From an uncultured Acidobacteriota bacterium (GTDB taxonomy: Bacteria; Acidobacteriota; Thermoanaerobaculia; UBA5066): 64,000 nt of DNA. Under the pieces are notes generated by a model. That model saw only the letters and a list, made by a program, of their open reading frames with translations, was not told the origin of the DNA and made no database searches. Shown one piece after another: positions 10,093 to 20,816 of the stretch. The stretch is from contig CAVZYA010000002.1 of the NCBI GenBank assembly GCA_963779415.1, forward strand, positions 256,001 to 320,000, written 5' to 3'. The position numbers and the translations under genes were made by a program. How positions within the stretch are numbered: position 1 is the first letter of the stretch; each line of letters opens with the position of its first letter.

Positions 10093-11688
10093 ATGCCGCT
10101 CCGCCGCCCGAGAGCCCTCTTCTTCTTCGCCGCCTGCGTCGCCGCGTTCTTCGCGGTCGCCCCGCTCCTCGCGCAGCCCCCCGCCGCGCCCGCCCCGGGC
10201 GCGCCGGCCGCGCCGAAGCCCTCGGCCGATCCTCTCGCGGGATGGGACGAGTTCGTGAACAAGGCGCTCGCCGACTGGCGCGTTCCCGGCGTCGCCATGG
10301 CCGTGGTGAAGGACGACAAGGTCCTTCTCCTGAAGGGGTACGGATTCCGCGACGCCGAGAAGAAGCTCCCCGTGACCGACCGGACGCTCTTCGCGATCGG
10401 CTCGGCCACGAAGGCGTTCACGACGTTCGTCATGGGAACGCTCGCGGACGAGGGAAGGCTCGACTGGCAGGCGCCCGTGACGCGGTACATCCCCGACTTC
10501 CGGCTGAAGGACCCCGTCGCCACCGAGCGGATGAACTCCGTCGACCTCGTGACGCACCGGTCGGGACTCCCCCGGCACGACGCCCTCTGGTACAACGCGA
10601 CGCTCTCGCGGAAGGAGATGGTCGAGCGCCTCCGCTGGCTCGAGCCGTCGAAGGACTTCCGGACCGACTTCCAGTACAACAACCTGATGTTCCTGACCGC
10701 CGGCTACATCGCCGAGCGGATCACGGGGCAGTCATGGGAGGAGACGGTCCGGGCGCGGATCTTCGTGCCCCTCGGAATGACGAGCTGCAACTTCTCCGTG
10801 GCCGAGTCACAGAAGACTTCCGATTTCGCCCTCCCTTACGAAGAGCGTGTCGATGGGTTCCATCGGATGGAGTTCCGGAACGTCTCGAACGTTGGACCAG
10901 CCCTTTCGATCAACGCTTCTGCTCAGGACCTCGTCCCCTGGCTCCGCGTCCACCTGAACGGCGGGAAGTCCGTGGTCAGCCCGGGGACCATTGCTTTCCT
11001 TCACACGCCGCAGATGGAGACGGGCGTAAAGCAGACCGAGCCGGAGATCGTCCCCGGCGGCTACGCGCTCGGCTGGTTCACCGACGTCTACCGCGGCGTC
11101 CAACGGATTTTCGACGGCGGAGACATCGACGGCTTCACGGCTCTCGTCCTCCTCGTCCCGTCGGAGAAGATCGGGATCGCGATTCTCGCGAACGAGGATC
11201 ACACGCCCTTACCCCAACTTCTCGCCCGTCATGCGATCGACCGGCTTCTCGGCTTTTCGCCCCGGGACTGGAGCGCGGAAGGCCTCGCGCGGCAGACGAA
11301 GAGACGCGACCTCGCGAAGGAGGGGGCGGCGAAGACGGCGATGGTCCGGAAGATCGGGACGAAGCCGGCGCACCCGATCGCCGACTACGTCGGCGAATAC
11401 GAGCATCCGGCCTACGGGACCTTGCGGATCGCGCAGACAGCCGCCGGTCTCGAGATGACCTACAACCGGATCGTGACTCCGATGGAGCACTGGCAGTACG
11501 AGGTCTGGAAGGGACTGAGGAAGGATGGAGAGAAGACAGATAACACCTTCGAGAACTTCCGGATTCAGTTCCTGACCGATTTCGACGGGGAGGTCTCCGG
11601 CGTCGCCGCCCCAATGGAGCTGAAAGTGAAGGACATCGTCTTCACCCGTCGGTCCAGCGAGGTCCACTCGGCGAAGCGGGCGGAATAG
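10093..11688 (+). CDS. Secreted serine hydrolase (beta-lactamase/class C-like) with C-terminal DUF3471-like domain
   Basis: GGAGG RBS then ATG 10093; signal peptide; SxxK (GSATK), THRSGLP and YNN motifs; C-terminal Y.G.Y.HP.YG. Confidence 0.9.
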   Translation: MPLRRPRALFFFAACVAAFFAVAPLLAQPPAAPAPGAPAAPKPSADPLAGWDEFVNKALADWRVPGVAMAVVKDDKVLLLKGYGFRDAEKKLPVTDRTLFAIGSATKAFTTFVMGTLADEGRLDWQAPVTRYIPDFRLKDPVATERMNSVDLVTHRSGLPRHDALWYNATLSRKEMVERLRWLEPSKDFRTDFQYNNLMFLTAGYIAERITGQSWEETVRARIFVPLGMTSCNFSVAESQKTSDFALPYEERVDGFHRMEFRNVSNVGPALSINASAQDLVPWLRVHLNGGKSVVSPGTIAFLHTPQMETGVKQTEPEIVPGGYALGWFTDVYRGVQRIFDGGDIDGFTALVLLVPSEKIGIAILANEDHTPLPQLLARHAIDRLLGFSPRDWSAEGLARQTKRRDLAKEGAAKTAMVRKIGTKPAHPIADYVGEYEHPAYGTLRIAQTAAGLEMTYNRIVTPMEHWQYEVWKGLRKDGEKTDNTFENFRIQFLTDFDGEVSGVAAPMELKVKDIVFTRRSSEVHSAKRAE

Positions 11689-11703
11689 CCGGCCCACCTC
11701 GCC

Positions 11704-11737
11704 CGTCCGTTCGCCGGCACCGGACGTCCGTTCGCCG
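11704..11737 (+). promoter_or_regulatory. Putative LytTR-regulator operator (direct repeat)
   Basis: A perfect 13-bp direct repeat CGTCCGTTCGCCG at 11704 and 11725 (21-bp period). The core TCCGTTCGC x2 has a 12-bp spacer, matching LytTR-site geometry, and lies upstream of the LytTR-containing operon. Confidence 0.7.
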
Positions 11738-11792
11738 AAAAGAGCGGGACGAAGGTAGGAGACGTCCGTACCTTTGGGGTGGGAGAGCCACC

Positions 11793-12518
11793 ATGAACGA
11801 CCTCACCCCCCTTCCCACCCACCCGCCGGCTTCGATCGGGAAGCTCGTCTTCGGCGTGATCCTCGCAATCCTCGGCCTCCTCTTCACGCTCGACAACTTC
11901 GGTCTCGTCGAGGTCCGCCACGTCGAGCGGCTCTGGCCCGTCATCCTGATCGCCATCGGCGTGGCACAGCTCGCGCAGAACTGGCGGACGCGCCCCTTCG
12001 GCGGGTTCGTCCTCGTCGCCCTCGGCGCTTTCTTCCTCCTCCGGAACTACCACGTCATCGACCTCTCCCTCGGGAAGCTGATCCCGCTCGTCCTCGTCGT
12101 CATCGGCCTGAGAATCGCCTTCGGCGCCCTCGGCGGGCGCGCGGGCGCGTGGGACCGGAGCGGCCCGCCTGCCGCTCTCGACGACTGGGTGCGCGGCTTC
12201 GTCGCCTTCGGCGGCCTCGAGCGGCGGATCGCCTCGCCGCAGTTCCGGGGAGGCGACATCGGCGCCTTCTGCGGCGGCTGGGAACTGGACCTCTCCAAGG
12301 CGAAGCTCGGCCCGGGCCGGGAAGCCCGGATCGACGTCTTCGCCTGGTGGGGGGGAGGCGAGATCCGCATCCCGGAGGAGTGGAACGTCGTCGTCCAGGT
12401 CGTGCCGCTCCTCGCGGGCACCAGCGACAAGACGCGGCATCCGGTCCCGGGGACCGAAACCGGAACCCTCGTCGTGACGGGGACCGTCGTCATGGGCGGC
12501 GTCGAGATCAAGAACTGA
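11793..12518 (+). CDS. LiaF-like membrane protein (DUF5668 TM region plus DUF2154-like C-terminus)
   Basis: Four TM segments including 'LWPVILIAIG'; C-terminal FRGG, GG.ELDL and 'GTVVMGGVEIKN'. Confidence 0.85.
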   Translation: MNDLTPLPTHPPASIGKLVFGVILAILGLLFTLDNFGLVEVRHVERLWPVILIAIGVAQLAQNWRTRPFGGFVLVALGAFFLLRNYHVIDLSLGKLIPLVLVVIGLRIAFGALGGRAGAWDRSGPPAALDDWVRGFVAFGGLERRIASPQFRGGDIGAFCGGWELDLSKAKLGPGREARIDVFAWWGGGEIRIPEEWNVVVQVVPLLAGTSDKTRHPVPGTETGTLVVTGTVVMGGVEIKN

Positions 12519-12528
12519 AGGATCGGCC

Positions 12529-13590
12529 GTGAACCCGATCCTCGCCTCCGGCGGTCGGCTCGGGCCGTATCTCCTCGCCTGGGTTCCCCTGACCGTCGTC
12601 ACCGGGACCCTTCTCGTCCTCGCCGCCGGCCTGACGCCGCTCGAGGCCGCCCTCCTGACGCCGCCACTCACGGTCGTCTACGCCTTTCTCTGCCTCTCGT
12701 CGTGGTACCTCTGCCGGTCCCTTCCGGCAGGGGCGGCGACGCTCGCACGGCTCTCGGGGACGATCGTGGCGGCCGCCGTCATCGCCGGCCTCCTCTGGGC
12801 CGCGTGGGGGGCGACGGTCGTCTGGGGGCTCGCGACGGTCCCGTCGCTCGCCACCCTCCCCGACCATCTCCCCGCGATCACGCCCGTCATCGTCCTTCTC
12901 GGCGTCCTCCTCTACCTTCTCGCGGCCGCGGTCCACTACGTCCTTCTCGCCGTCGACCGCGCCCGCGCCGACGAGGAGCGCGCGGCCGACCTCGCGCGCC
13001 TCGCCCGCGAGGCGGAGCTGAATGCCCTCCGGGCCCAGCTCAACCCGCACTTCCTCTTCAACAGCCTGAACTCGATCAGCGCGCTCGTGACGTCGAACCC
13101 GGCGCGGGCCCGCGAGATGTGCGTCCTCCTCGCCGACTTCTTCCGGAAGACGCTCGGCCTCTCCGACCGCTCCGCCATCCCGCTCTCGGAGGAGCTGGCT
13201 CTCGTCAGGAGCTACCTCGCGATCGAAGGGGTCCGCTTCGGCGGCCGCCTCGCCGTCGAGGAGGAGATCGAGCCGGCCGCCGCCTCGTGCTCGGTGCCGC
13301 CGCTCCTCCTCCAGCCGCTCGTCGAAAACGCCGTCAAGCACGGCATCGCAACCTGTCTCGACGGCGGCATCGTGAAGCTCGCCGCACGCCGGGGCGACGG
13401 CACCCTCCGGATCGAGCTTCAGAACCCCTTCGACCCCGAGGCGGCCGAGCCCGCCGGCGCGGGCGTCGGCCTCCGGAACGTCCGGCGGCGCCTCGCGGCG
13501 CGCTGGGGCGACCGGGCCGAGCTGAAGAACGAGAGCGACGGCGGCCGCTTCCGCGTCGAGCTTCGCGTCCCCGCCGAAACGGCGGCGTAG
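12529..13590 (+). CDS. LytS/YehU-family sensor histidine kinase
   Basis: TM N-terminus; LRAQLNPHFLFNSLN and LQPLVENAVKHG motifs, plus GVGLRNV. Confidence 0.95.
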   Translation: MNPILASGGRLGPYLLAWVPLTVVTGTLLVLAAGLTPLEAALLTPPLTVVYAFLCLSSWYLCRSLPAGAATLARLSGTIVAAAVIAGLLWAAWGATVVWGLATVPSLATLPDHLPAITPVIVLLGVLLYLLAAAVHYVLLAVDRARADEERAADLARLAREAELNALRAQLNPHFLFNSLNSISALVTSNPARAREMCVLLADFFRKTLGLSDRSAIPLSEELALVRSYLAIEGVRFGGRLAVEEEIEPAAASCSVPPLLLQPLVENAVKHGIATCLDGGIVKLAARRGDGTLRIELQNPFDPEAAEPAGAGVGLRNVRRRLAARWGDRAELKNESDGGRFRVELRVPAETAA

Positions 13591-13631
13591 AAGACCTTTC
13601 GCGGCGCGCCCCTCTCGGCGACACTCTCTCC

Positions 13632-14402
13632 GTGGCGTCCGACCCCGCCCCCCTCACGGCCGTCGTCGTCGACGACGAGCCGCTCGCCCGCGAGCTTCTC
13701 GGGGAGCTTCTCGGGACGATCGCGGGGGTTCGGATCGTCGCCGCCTGCGCGAACGGTTTCGAGGCGGTGAAGGCGATCGCCGACCTTGCTCCCGACGTCG
13801 TCTTTCTCGACATCCAGATGCCGCGGCTCGACGGGTTCGAGGTCCTGAGCCTTCTTCCCCGTCGAGAGGACGGGCGCCCGGCCGTCGTCTTCGTCACCGC
13901 GTACGACCAGTACGCCGTGAAGGCCTTCGAGGCGAACGCCGTCGACTATCTCCTGAAGCCCTTCGACCGGGCGCGCCTCGGGACGGCCGTCGAGCGCGTC
14001 CGCGCGCGTCTCGCCGCCGGGCGCGCCGCCCCGCCCCCGGGGCTCGCCGCCGAGGCGCGAGATCCTTCCCGCTCCGTGTCGCGCGTCGTCGTCCGCGATG
14101 GGCGAAACATCATCGTCCTTCCCGTCGCGACGATCGACTGGGTGAAGGCGGAGGACGACTACGTCCTCCTCCGCTCCGGCGGCCATGACCACCTGAAGGC
14201 CGACACGCTCGCGAGCCTCGAGGCGCAGCTCCCGCGGGACCGATTCGTCCGGATTCACCGCTCGTACCTCGTCAATCTCGACCGGATCGTCCGGATCGAG
14301 GCGGGCTCCGCGGGAGGTCAGGTCGCCGTCCTTCGCGACGGGACGTCGCTCCCGGTCAGCCGCGCGGGAGGCCAGCGCCTTCGCGAACGGATCGGCGGGT
14401 AG
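13632..14402 (+). CDS. LytTR-family response regulator
   Basis: VVDDE, FLDIQMP, VTAYD and DYLLKP receiver motifs; F.RIHRSY.VN and LPVSR LytTR motifs; GTG start inferred. Confidence 0.95.
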   Translation: MASDPAPLTAVVVDDEPLARELLGELLGTIAGVRIVAACANGFEAVKAIADLAPDVVFLDIQMPRLDGFEVLSLLPRREDGRPAVVFVTAYDQYAVKAFEANAVDYLLKPFDRARLGTAVERVRARLAAGRAAPPPGLAAEARDPSRSVSRVVVRDGRNIIVLPVATIDWVKAEDDYVLLRSGGHDHLKADTLASLEAQLPRDRFVRIHRSYLVNLDRIVRIEAGSAGGQVAVLRDGTSLPVSRAGGQRLRERIGG

Positions 14403-14411
14403 ACTCGATCC

Positions 14412-14960
14412 GTGGAGGCGCCGCGCGTCGCCGAGACCGGTCCCGGGTCCCCCGCTCTTTCGCTCACGGGACGCGAGGCCGTTTTGATCGTCCTCTCCGG
14501 GGCGACGGGCTCGGACGTCACGTCTCTCCGCGCGGGGGACGCCGCCATCGGCCCTCCCGCCCTCCTCGTCTCCTTCGCCGGGGAGGGGCGCGCACGCCTT
14601 CTCGTCGAGGAGCGCGGGGAGCCCGGACGTCCCGAGGCGGTCCGGATCGGACGGGACGACCTCGTCGGGACTTGCCTTCCGGGCGTCACCGGAATCCGCG
14701 TCCTCCATCGGAGCGCCGGGGGGGTCCTTCTCCGGCTCGGGCCCCCTCCGGGGGTCCGTTGGCTCGTGACGGGACTGCGCGCCGTCGCCCTCTTCACGGG
14801 AAAGCTTCTCCTCTACGAGTCGGGAGGAATCCGCTCCCTCTCGGCCGGAGACTGCGCCCTCCCGGACGACCCCGCGCGGACGATTCCGCTTCAGGCCGGG
14901 AACGACTCGGCCGTCGCCCTCGCCCTCGCCGCGCCCGGCGTCCGCGTCGCCATCGGCTGA
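14412..14960 (+). CDS. Hypothetical protein
   Basis: 182-aa ORF filling the gap between two recognised genes, co-oriented with them; no recognisable motif. Confidence 0.5.
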   Translation: MEAPRVAETGPGSPALSLTGREAVLIVLSGATGSDVTSLRAGDAAIGPPALLVSFAGEGRARLLVEERGEPGRPEAVRIGRDDLVGTCLPGVTGIRVLHRSAGGVLLRLGPPPGVRWLVTGLRAVALFTGKLLLYESGGIRSLSAGDCALPDDPARTIPLQAGNDSAVALALAAPGVRVAIG

Positions 14961-15022
14961 AGCGCGTTTCTGCAGGGCCGCGCGGATCGGGGGGAGAATG
15001 GGGCTCCGTTTCGGAGAGGACG

Positions 15023-16930
15023 ATGAACGAAAATAACGCTTCGGAGGCCGCGCCCGCCTCCCCCGAGATCTCCCCCACCCCGAATCCGAAGGGGGAGATG
15101 ATGTGGGAAAGCTCCCCTTCCCGCTACATCGCCAAGATCAGCCTCGTCACCGGGAAGGAGATTCCGCGTCCGATCGACCCGGAGGATCTCCTCGTCCACG
15201 CCCACCGCGACCGGAACCCGATCGAGGTGACGGCCGCTTTCCTCGCGAGCCGGCTCGTCTCCTTCAGCGGAAACGAGGAGAAGGTCCAGGCGAGCCTCCG
15301 GAAGCTGAACGCCCTCGGCGAGACGATCGCGGAGGCGCTCGGAGGCGCGCTCGGAAGCCGCCTGGTCGAGAAGCGGGCCAAGCAGCTCCTCGGCGTCGCC
15401 GAGCGGGACGTCTACTACCGGTTCCGCGAACCGAGCCACCTCACGGAGCGGGAGGTGACGGCCCACGTCGAGAAGCTCCGGCGCGACGGGCGCGCGCTCC
15501 TCCGTGCCCGCGGCCGGAGCCTGCGGCTCGAGCTGCTCCTGACCGGCGCGACGGGTTTCCTCGGCAAGGAGATCCTCGTCCAGGCCGCGTCCGACCGCCG
15601 GATCGCGAGGGTCTGGTGCGTCGTCCGCCCCGAGACGATCCGCGACCCGAAGAGCCGCGAGGTCCTGAAGGTCCTCTCGCCCCTCCAGCGGGGCGCGCTC
15701 CTCCTCAGGCGCCTCCACATCACGGGGACGCGGGCACGGAAATTCGCGTTCCTCGAGGGAGACATCGAGAAGCCGTCCCTCGGCCTTTCGCCGCGGGACC
15801 TCGCGCGCCTCCCGAAGCGGATCACGCACGTCATCCACTGCGCGGCGAGCGTCTCGTTCGACGACGCCTACGAAAACTCCTACCGCGCGAACGTCCTCGG
15901 GGCCCGCCACGCGATGGAGTTCTCGCTCGCTTTCCAGCGGGCGAAGGGGTCGAGTTTCATCCAGCACATCGCGATCGAGACGTCGTACATCCACGGGCGG
16001 AAGAAGCGGACCACCGCGCTGGAGTCGGCCCTCGTCTTCCCGCGCGCCTTCTACAACAACTTCTACGAGCTGACGAAGGCGATGGCCTCGCTCGACACGG
16101 ACCGGTTCCTGATCGTGGAAGGGCTCCGCGTCGCGCAGCTTCTTCCGGCCATCGTCATCGGGCGATCGAAGACGGGGAACAACTACGGCGACACGAAGGT
16201 CGTGAACGCGCCGATCAACGCCTTCGGACGGTCCAAGGAGGCTCTCGACGCCCTCCGGGGGGACGCCGTCGGCCGCGGCAAGGCGTGGCTCATCGGCTCG
16301 ATCGCCGGCGCCTTCCCGTCGGACCGCTCGGCCGAGCTGAACCTCGTCCCGGTCGACCGCGTCGTGGAGGGGATCCTCGCGGCGCTGACCGTTCCCGAGG
16401 CCATCGGCGAAAGGATCCACCTCGCGACCGACAACCGGATCCGAGCCGAGGACATCGTGCGGATCACGCACGAGGAGCTCGGCATCGACGTCCGCCTCGC
16501 CGACCCGACCCTCTTCCGAAACGTCACGCTTCCCCTCGTGAAGGCCGCTCTCGAAAAGAGCGGGGAGACGAAGCTCGCCAGCGCCCTCGAGAAGCTCGGG
16601 ACGATCTTCGGGGGCTACGGCGAGTGGGGCCAGCCGACGCACCAGGTTGGAAACGACGTGAGGATCCTCCGCCTTCCGATCCGGAGGCCGAACACGCGCC
16701 ATGCCTTCCGGATGCTCTGCCGGCACAACAAGTACGTGCAGGAGTTCGGGAAGGTACGGGACGCCGACGAGATCGCCCGGCGGGAGCACCTCTGGGAGAC
16801 CGTCATCGACCGGATCGAGTACGAGACCGGCCGCGAGGTCGCCTCGATCGGGCCGGACGAGTTCCGGAAACTCCTCACGCTGAAGCTCGACCTCCGGACG
16901 TTCCGCCCGAAGACGGCGTCGCCCCGCTGA
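15023..16930 (+). CDS. Extended SDR, fatty-acyl-CoA/thioester reductase-like (NAD_binding_4) with an uncharacterised N-terminal extension
   Basis: LTGATGFLG, GDI..P.LGLS, HCAASVSF, YELTK (YxxxK) and LNLVPVD motifs; start ATG 15023 follows GGAGAGG. Confidence 0.85.
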   Translation: MNENNASEAAPASPEISPTPNPKGEMMWESSPSRYIAKISLVTGKEIPRPIDPEDLLVHAHRDRNPIEVTAAFLASRLVSFSGNEEKVQASLRKLNALGETIAEALGGALGSRLVEKRAKQLLGVAERDVYYRFREPSHLTEREVTAHVEKLRRDGRALLRARGRSLRLELLLTGATGFLGKEILVQAASDRRIARVWCVVRPETIRDPKSREVLKVLSPLQRGALLLRRLHITGTRARKFAFLEGDIEKPSLGLSPRDLARLPKRITHVIHCAASVSFDDAYENSYRANVLGARHAMEFSLAFQRAKGSSFIQHIAIETSYIHGRKKRTTALESALVFPRAFYNNFYELTKAMASLDTDRFLIVEGLRVAQLLPAIVIGRSKTGNNYGDTKVVNAPINAFGRSKEALDALRGDAVGRGKAWLIGSIAGAFPSDRSAELNLVPVDRVVEGILAALTVPEAIGERIHLATDNRIRAEDIVRITHEELGIDVRLADPTLFRNVTLPLVKAALEKSGETKLASALEKLGTIFGGYGEWGQPTHQVGNDVRILRLPIRRPNTRHAFRMLCRHNKYVQEFGKVRDADEIARREHLWETVIDRIEYETGREVASIGPDEFRKLLTLKLDLRTFRPKTASPR

Positions 16931-16947
16931 CGCGGCGTCCGCGGCCC

Positions 16948-17821
16948 TCAGCGGAGCGAGAGAGGGAAGGTAGATCACGGCGGCGCAGAGGGCCGCCCAG
17001 ACGGCGATCGTGGCGAGAAGGCCCGGGTCCGTGAGGAGCGACTTCGTCGTGTCCTCTCCTTTTCCCTGCGTCTCGAGGAGCCGCCACCGGAACATCCCGA
17101 AGACGACGACCGGAACGCTCACGAGAAGGTGGTCCGTCCGGAACCACGCGACCGTCTCCGGCGAGACCGTGTAAAGGGCGTAGCAGACGATCGTCATACC
17201 GAGCGTCACGTTCTCGAGGGACTCGAAGAGCGCCGCCGGGACGCCGCGCAGCGACTCGCGTCCCGCGGCGCCGTGCTCCACGAGCTCGCCCCGTCTCTTC
17301 GAAAGGGCGAGGAAGAGGGCAAGAAAGAACGTGCAGAGGAGAAGCCAGCGGGACGCCGTCACCCCCGCCGCGGCCGAGCCCGCGAGGACGCGGAGGACGA
17401 AGCCGGCGGCGATGACGAAGACGTCGAAGAGGGCGACGCTCTTGAGGCCGAACGAGTAGAGGAAAATCAGCAGGGCGTAGAGGGCCGCCCAGACGACCGC
17501 GTCCGGCGCGGCGGCGGCGAGAAGCGCGAAGGAGAGGACGCCGAGAACCGCCGACGCCGCGAGCGCGGTCGACATCGAGAGAGCGCCGGAGGCGATGGGG
17601 CGGCTCCGCTTGACGGGATGGGCACGATCCGCCTCGCGGTCGCGAACGTCGTTCAGAAGGTAGAGCGCGGAGGCGATCCCGCAGAAGGACGCCGCCGCGG
17701 CGAACGTCCGGAGCGCCGGACCAGTCTCCGTCACGGCCTTTCCGAAGAGGAGCGGCGCGAGGACGAAGAGGTTCTTGGTCCACTGCACGGGGCGGAGGGA
17801 GTGAAGGAGAGCCTTCACCAC
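16948..17821 (-). CDS. UbiA-family prenyltransferase, decaprenyl-phosphate phosphoribosyltransferase type
   Basis: RPVQWTKN, NDVRDREADRAHPVKRSRP and KRRGE motifs, with multiple TMs. The ORF reads through, probably because of an indel; the likely true stop is near 16948. Confidence 0.85.
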
Positions 17822-17926
17822 CCCGCGCTCGCCCGCGGCGGCGTTCGATGGTCCGGCGCGGTTCGACGGCGTCTCGATGGGAGGGAGGCTAGCGGACGGC
17901 GCCCGGTCCCCGCAACCCTGGGGAAC

Positions 17927-20800
17927 TCACCAGACTGCCACGACCGACGTGTTGGGCCGGAGAAGAGCCGGGTCCCAGTAAGCAGCGGCGGGTCGTGGCG
18001 GACCCGGTGCCGCCTCCGGCGGCGGCGTCAGAACCGACGGCGGAACGATCTCCTCCGTTCCTTTCGGTGGCGTCCACGTCCATTCGAGAATCCCGGGGCT
18101 CTGAATGTTCCGGACGACGATGCGCACGGCGTAACGCCGGGCCGACAGCGTGAGATCCGCCGAGACGGGATCCTCCGAAGGGCTCCGGGTCGTCGAGCGC
18201 ATCCACCCCGTCGAGCTGGATCGTCGCCTCGCCCTGCACGCGGAGCGCCATCCGGTAGACACCGGCGACCGGCGGCGTCAAGAAGCCGGTCCACGTGGCC
18301 TCGAACTTCTCGCCGGAGTGGACCTCGTTGCTGAGCCCTCCCGACGCGAGAGTCCGGTCGAGCCAGCGGAGGGGCGGCCGTCCCGGCACCTCCACGACGC
18401 CGAGCAGCCCGCCGGGAGAAGACTCCTCCGCGAACTGGAGCGACTCCGGAATGGCTTCCCATGCCGACGGCGGGATGGTTCCGTCGGCCGGTTCCGCGGC
18501 CCATTCCACTTTGACGCCTTCCGGGGCGTGCCCCTCCACGACCACGGCGTGGTCGCCTCGGGGAATCGACAGGACGACTTCCGCCGACCTCTCCCCGGCG
18601 GGAGACGTCAGGACGTCGAGCCCGTCGATGCGGAGCCGGGCCGGCCCCGGCCCGACCCGGAGGCCCCAATTCGCGAACCGGGGGAAGCGGACGACGGCCG
18701 ACCAGCGGATCGTGCCGTTCGCCTCCGGGGGGACCGATCCGAGGGCGCTCACGTGAATCGGGGGAGACGACCCGATCCGCGCCACGGCCCCCCGCCCGGC
18801 GGCCCAGCGGTCGCGCGGAATCCGGTACGCCGTGAAGAGAAGACCGCTCTCCCCTCTCACGATCGGCTCTTCCCTTCCATCCGGATAGAGCTGGCGCAGG
18901 AGCGGCAGGTAAAACTCCTGTGCCGGGTAGACGAAGAACGTGAGGTTCCGGTTCGGAGGGAGCGTGAGCGGAAGGGAGATCCCCGGGGAGACGACTCCGG
19001 CTCTCGGTGTCTCCGGAGCCAGCAGGCGGACCCAACCGGGGTTCACGTAGTGCCACCACTTCCCGAGAGCCACCACCCACGTCCCGGCCCCCTCCGCGGC
19101 AACGGCGAGTCCGGTCTGGGTCGGATAGGAGTAGGCCGTGCCCATCCGGGCGTTGTCGACGAAGTAGTACCGGGCTTCTCCCGCCATCGAGAAGGCGACG
19201 GCGGCTCCGGCGACGACCGTGGCGGCGGCCGCGGCGCGGCGCCGGAATCTCGACCCCGGCACCGCGGCGTCCCGAACCCGGCGAATGACGTCGGAGAGAA
19301 CGACGGCCGGAAAGAGAGCGACCGTGAGAATGGCCGGCGCCATTCGCTGGAGTGCCGGCGTCTCGACCGTCACGATCACCCCCGAGAACCCGACCCAGAA
19401 CCAGATCGTCAGGAAGACGAACCGCGGATCCCGGATCCTGAGGGCGGACGTTCCGAGCCCCAGGAAGAAGAGCGCCGCGAGGAGAGGCGGCAGGACCGGC
19501 CGGTCGCACGGCCAGAAGTAGTTCCCGTCGTGATAGCGGTTGAAGAGGCCGACCGAGCGTTCCACCTGTTCCCTGAAGAATTCGGACACCGGCTTCTTCG
19601 GGTCGTAGTACCCGAGCCGGAGTCGGTTCGCGGGGACGAAGATCGTCGTCTCCCGCGCGCGGACCGTGAAGACGCCCGGCGTCCTCCACGCGCCCCAGAG
19701 AAACGGCGACATCGTCAGGAGCGCCGCGAGGGCTGCCGCCGAGATCCCCGGCAGCAGTCTCACGCGCTTCAGGCCGAGCCCGTGGACGAGGAGGTAGATC
19801 GAGACCAGGGCCGCCAGCAGTGGCCACATGCGCGCCGGCGGATAGAAATAGATCGAGAAGCCGCCGAAGAATCCGGCGAGGACCCACGCGAGGATCCTTC
19901 CGCCCCGGATCCCTTCCAGGAAGAAGAGCGCGGCCAGCGCCCAGAGAACGGCCGTCGGGCCGGCTTCCGTCGTCTCCCGTGAGAATTGCAGGACCGCGCC
20001 GAGCGTGCTCGTCAGGCCGGCCGCGAAGAGTCCCGCGCGCCACCCGAAATTCCGGGTCGCGAGAAGGGCCACGACGAGGACGCCGAGGACGCCGGCGGCG
20101 GCGCCGAGCACTCTCACCCCGACGTAGTCGGTCCCGACCAGCGCCATGACCCCGGCCAGGATCCGGAAATAGATGTTGCTGATGTGGTACCAGCCCGAGT
20201 CGAAAGCCGGGTGGTCGCCGATGTGCCGGAGGATCTGGAGAGAGACCGCCGCCCGGTCCCCTTCGTCGGCGTTGATTCCGAGGGGAATCCGGTCGAGGGC
20301 GTAGAAGCGGGTCGCCACCGAGAAAACGATGAGGACGAAGAGGGAAAGGGCGAAGAGGCGGCGGCCTCTCCGGCTCTCCGGAAGCGGCGCATCGGTCCAC
20401 CGGGGAGACCAGGTTCCCGTGCGTCCGGCGGCGATCCCGGCGCAGACGAATCGCGACGAGACTCGCCAGCCAGAGGGGGACGGCGTAGCGGTCGAGACCG
20501 ATTCCCGTCATACCGGCGCAGCGCCAGCAGGTTCAGGCCGAGGCCCACGAGGGCAATGACGACGGCCACGATGGCGGGCCGGAGCGGTCTCGCCGGCGAG
20601 GGGGACGTCTCCTCCCTCGGGCGCGCCAGAGAGTCGAACGAGAAGAGGAGGATGGCGAGGAGGTAGAGCGCGAGCCCGAGCCCCGAAGAGTTTCCGGCCC
20701 GGATGGCCCACTCCCCGGCGCCGGCAAGGAGAAGAGCTGCCAGCCCCCGTACGAGCGGTCCGTGCTGCGAGGCGCTCGCAGGACGGAGAGGATCCGTCAT
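17927..20800 (-). CDS. GT-C (GT39/ArnT-like) membrane glycosyltransferase with C-terminal PA14-like domains; frameshifted
   Basis: 'P.G.NADE' loop, many TMs, QFSR; C-terminal 'F.ATWTG.L.PP..G.Y' PA14-like motif. Pieces lie in ORFs 20114..20833, 17889..20318 and 17927..18262. Confidence 0.75.
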
Positions 20801-20816
20801 CACCGTTTCGCGGATA

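Noticed and set aside
14891-16947. 976-aa UbiA with a long C-terminal extension antisense to the reductase
   Set aside because: The extension is the antisense shadow of the SDR gene. The UbiA domain ends near 16950, where a stop is one base out of frame.
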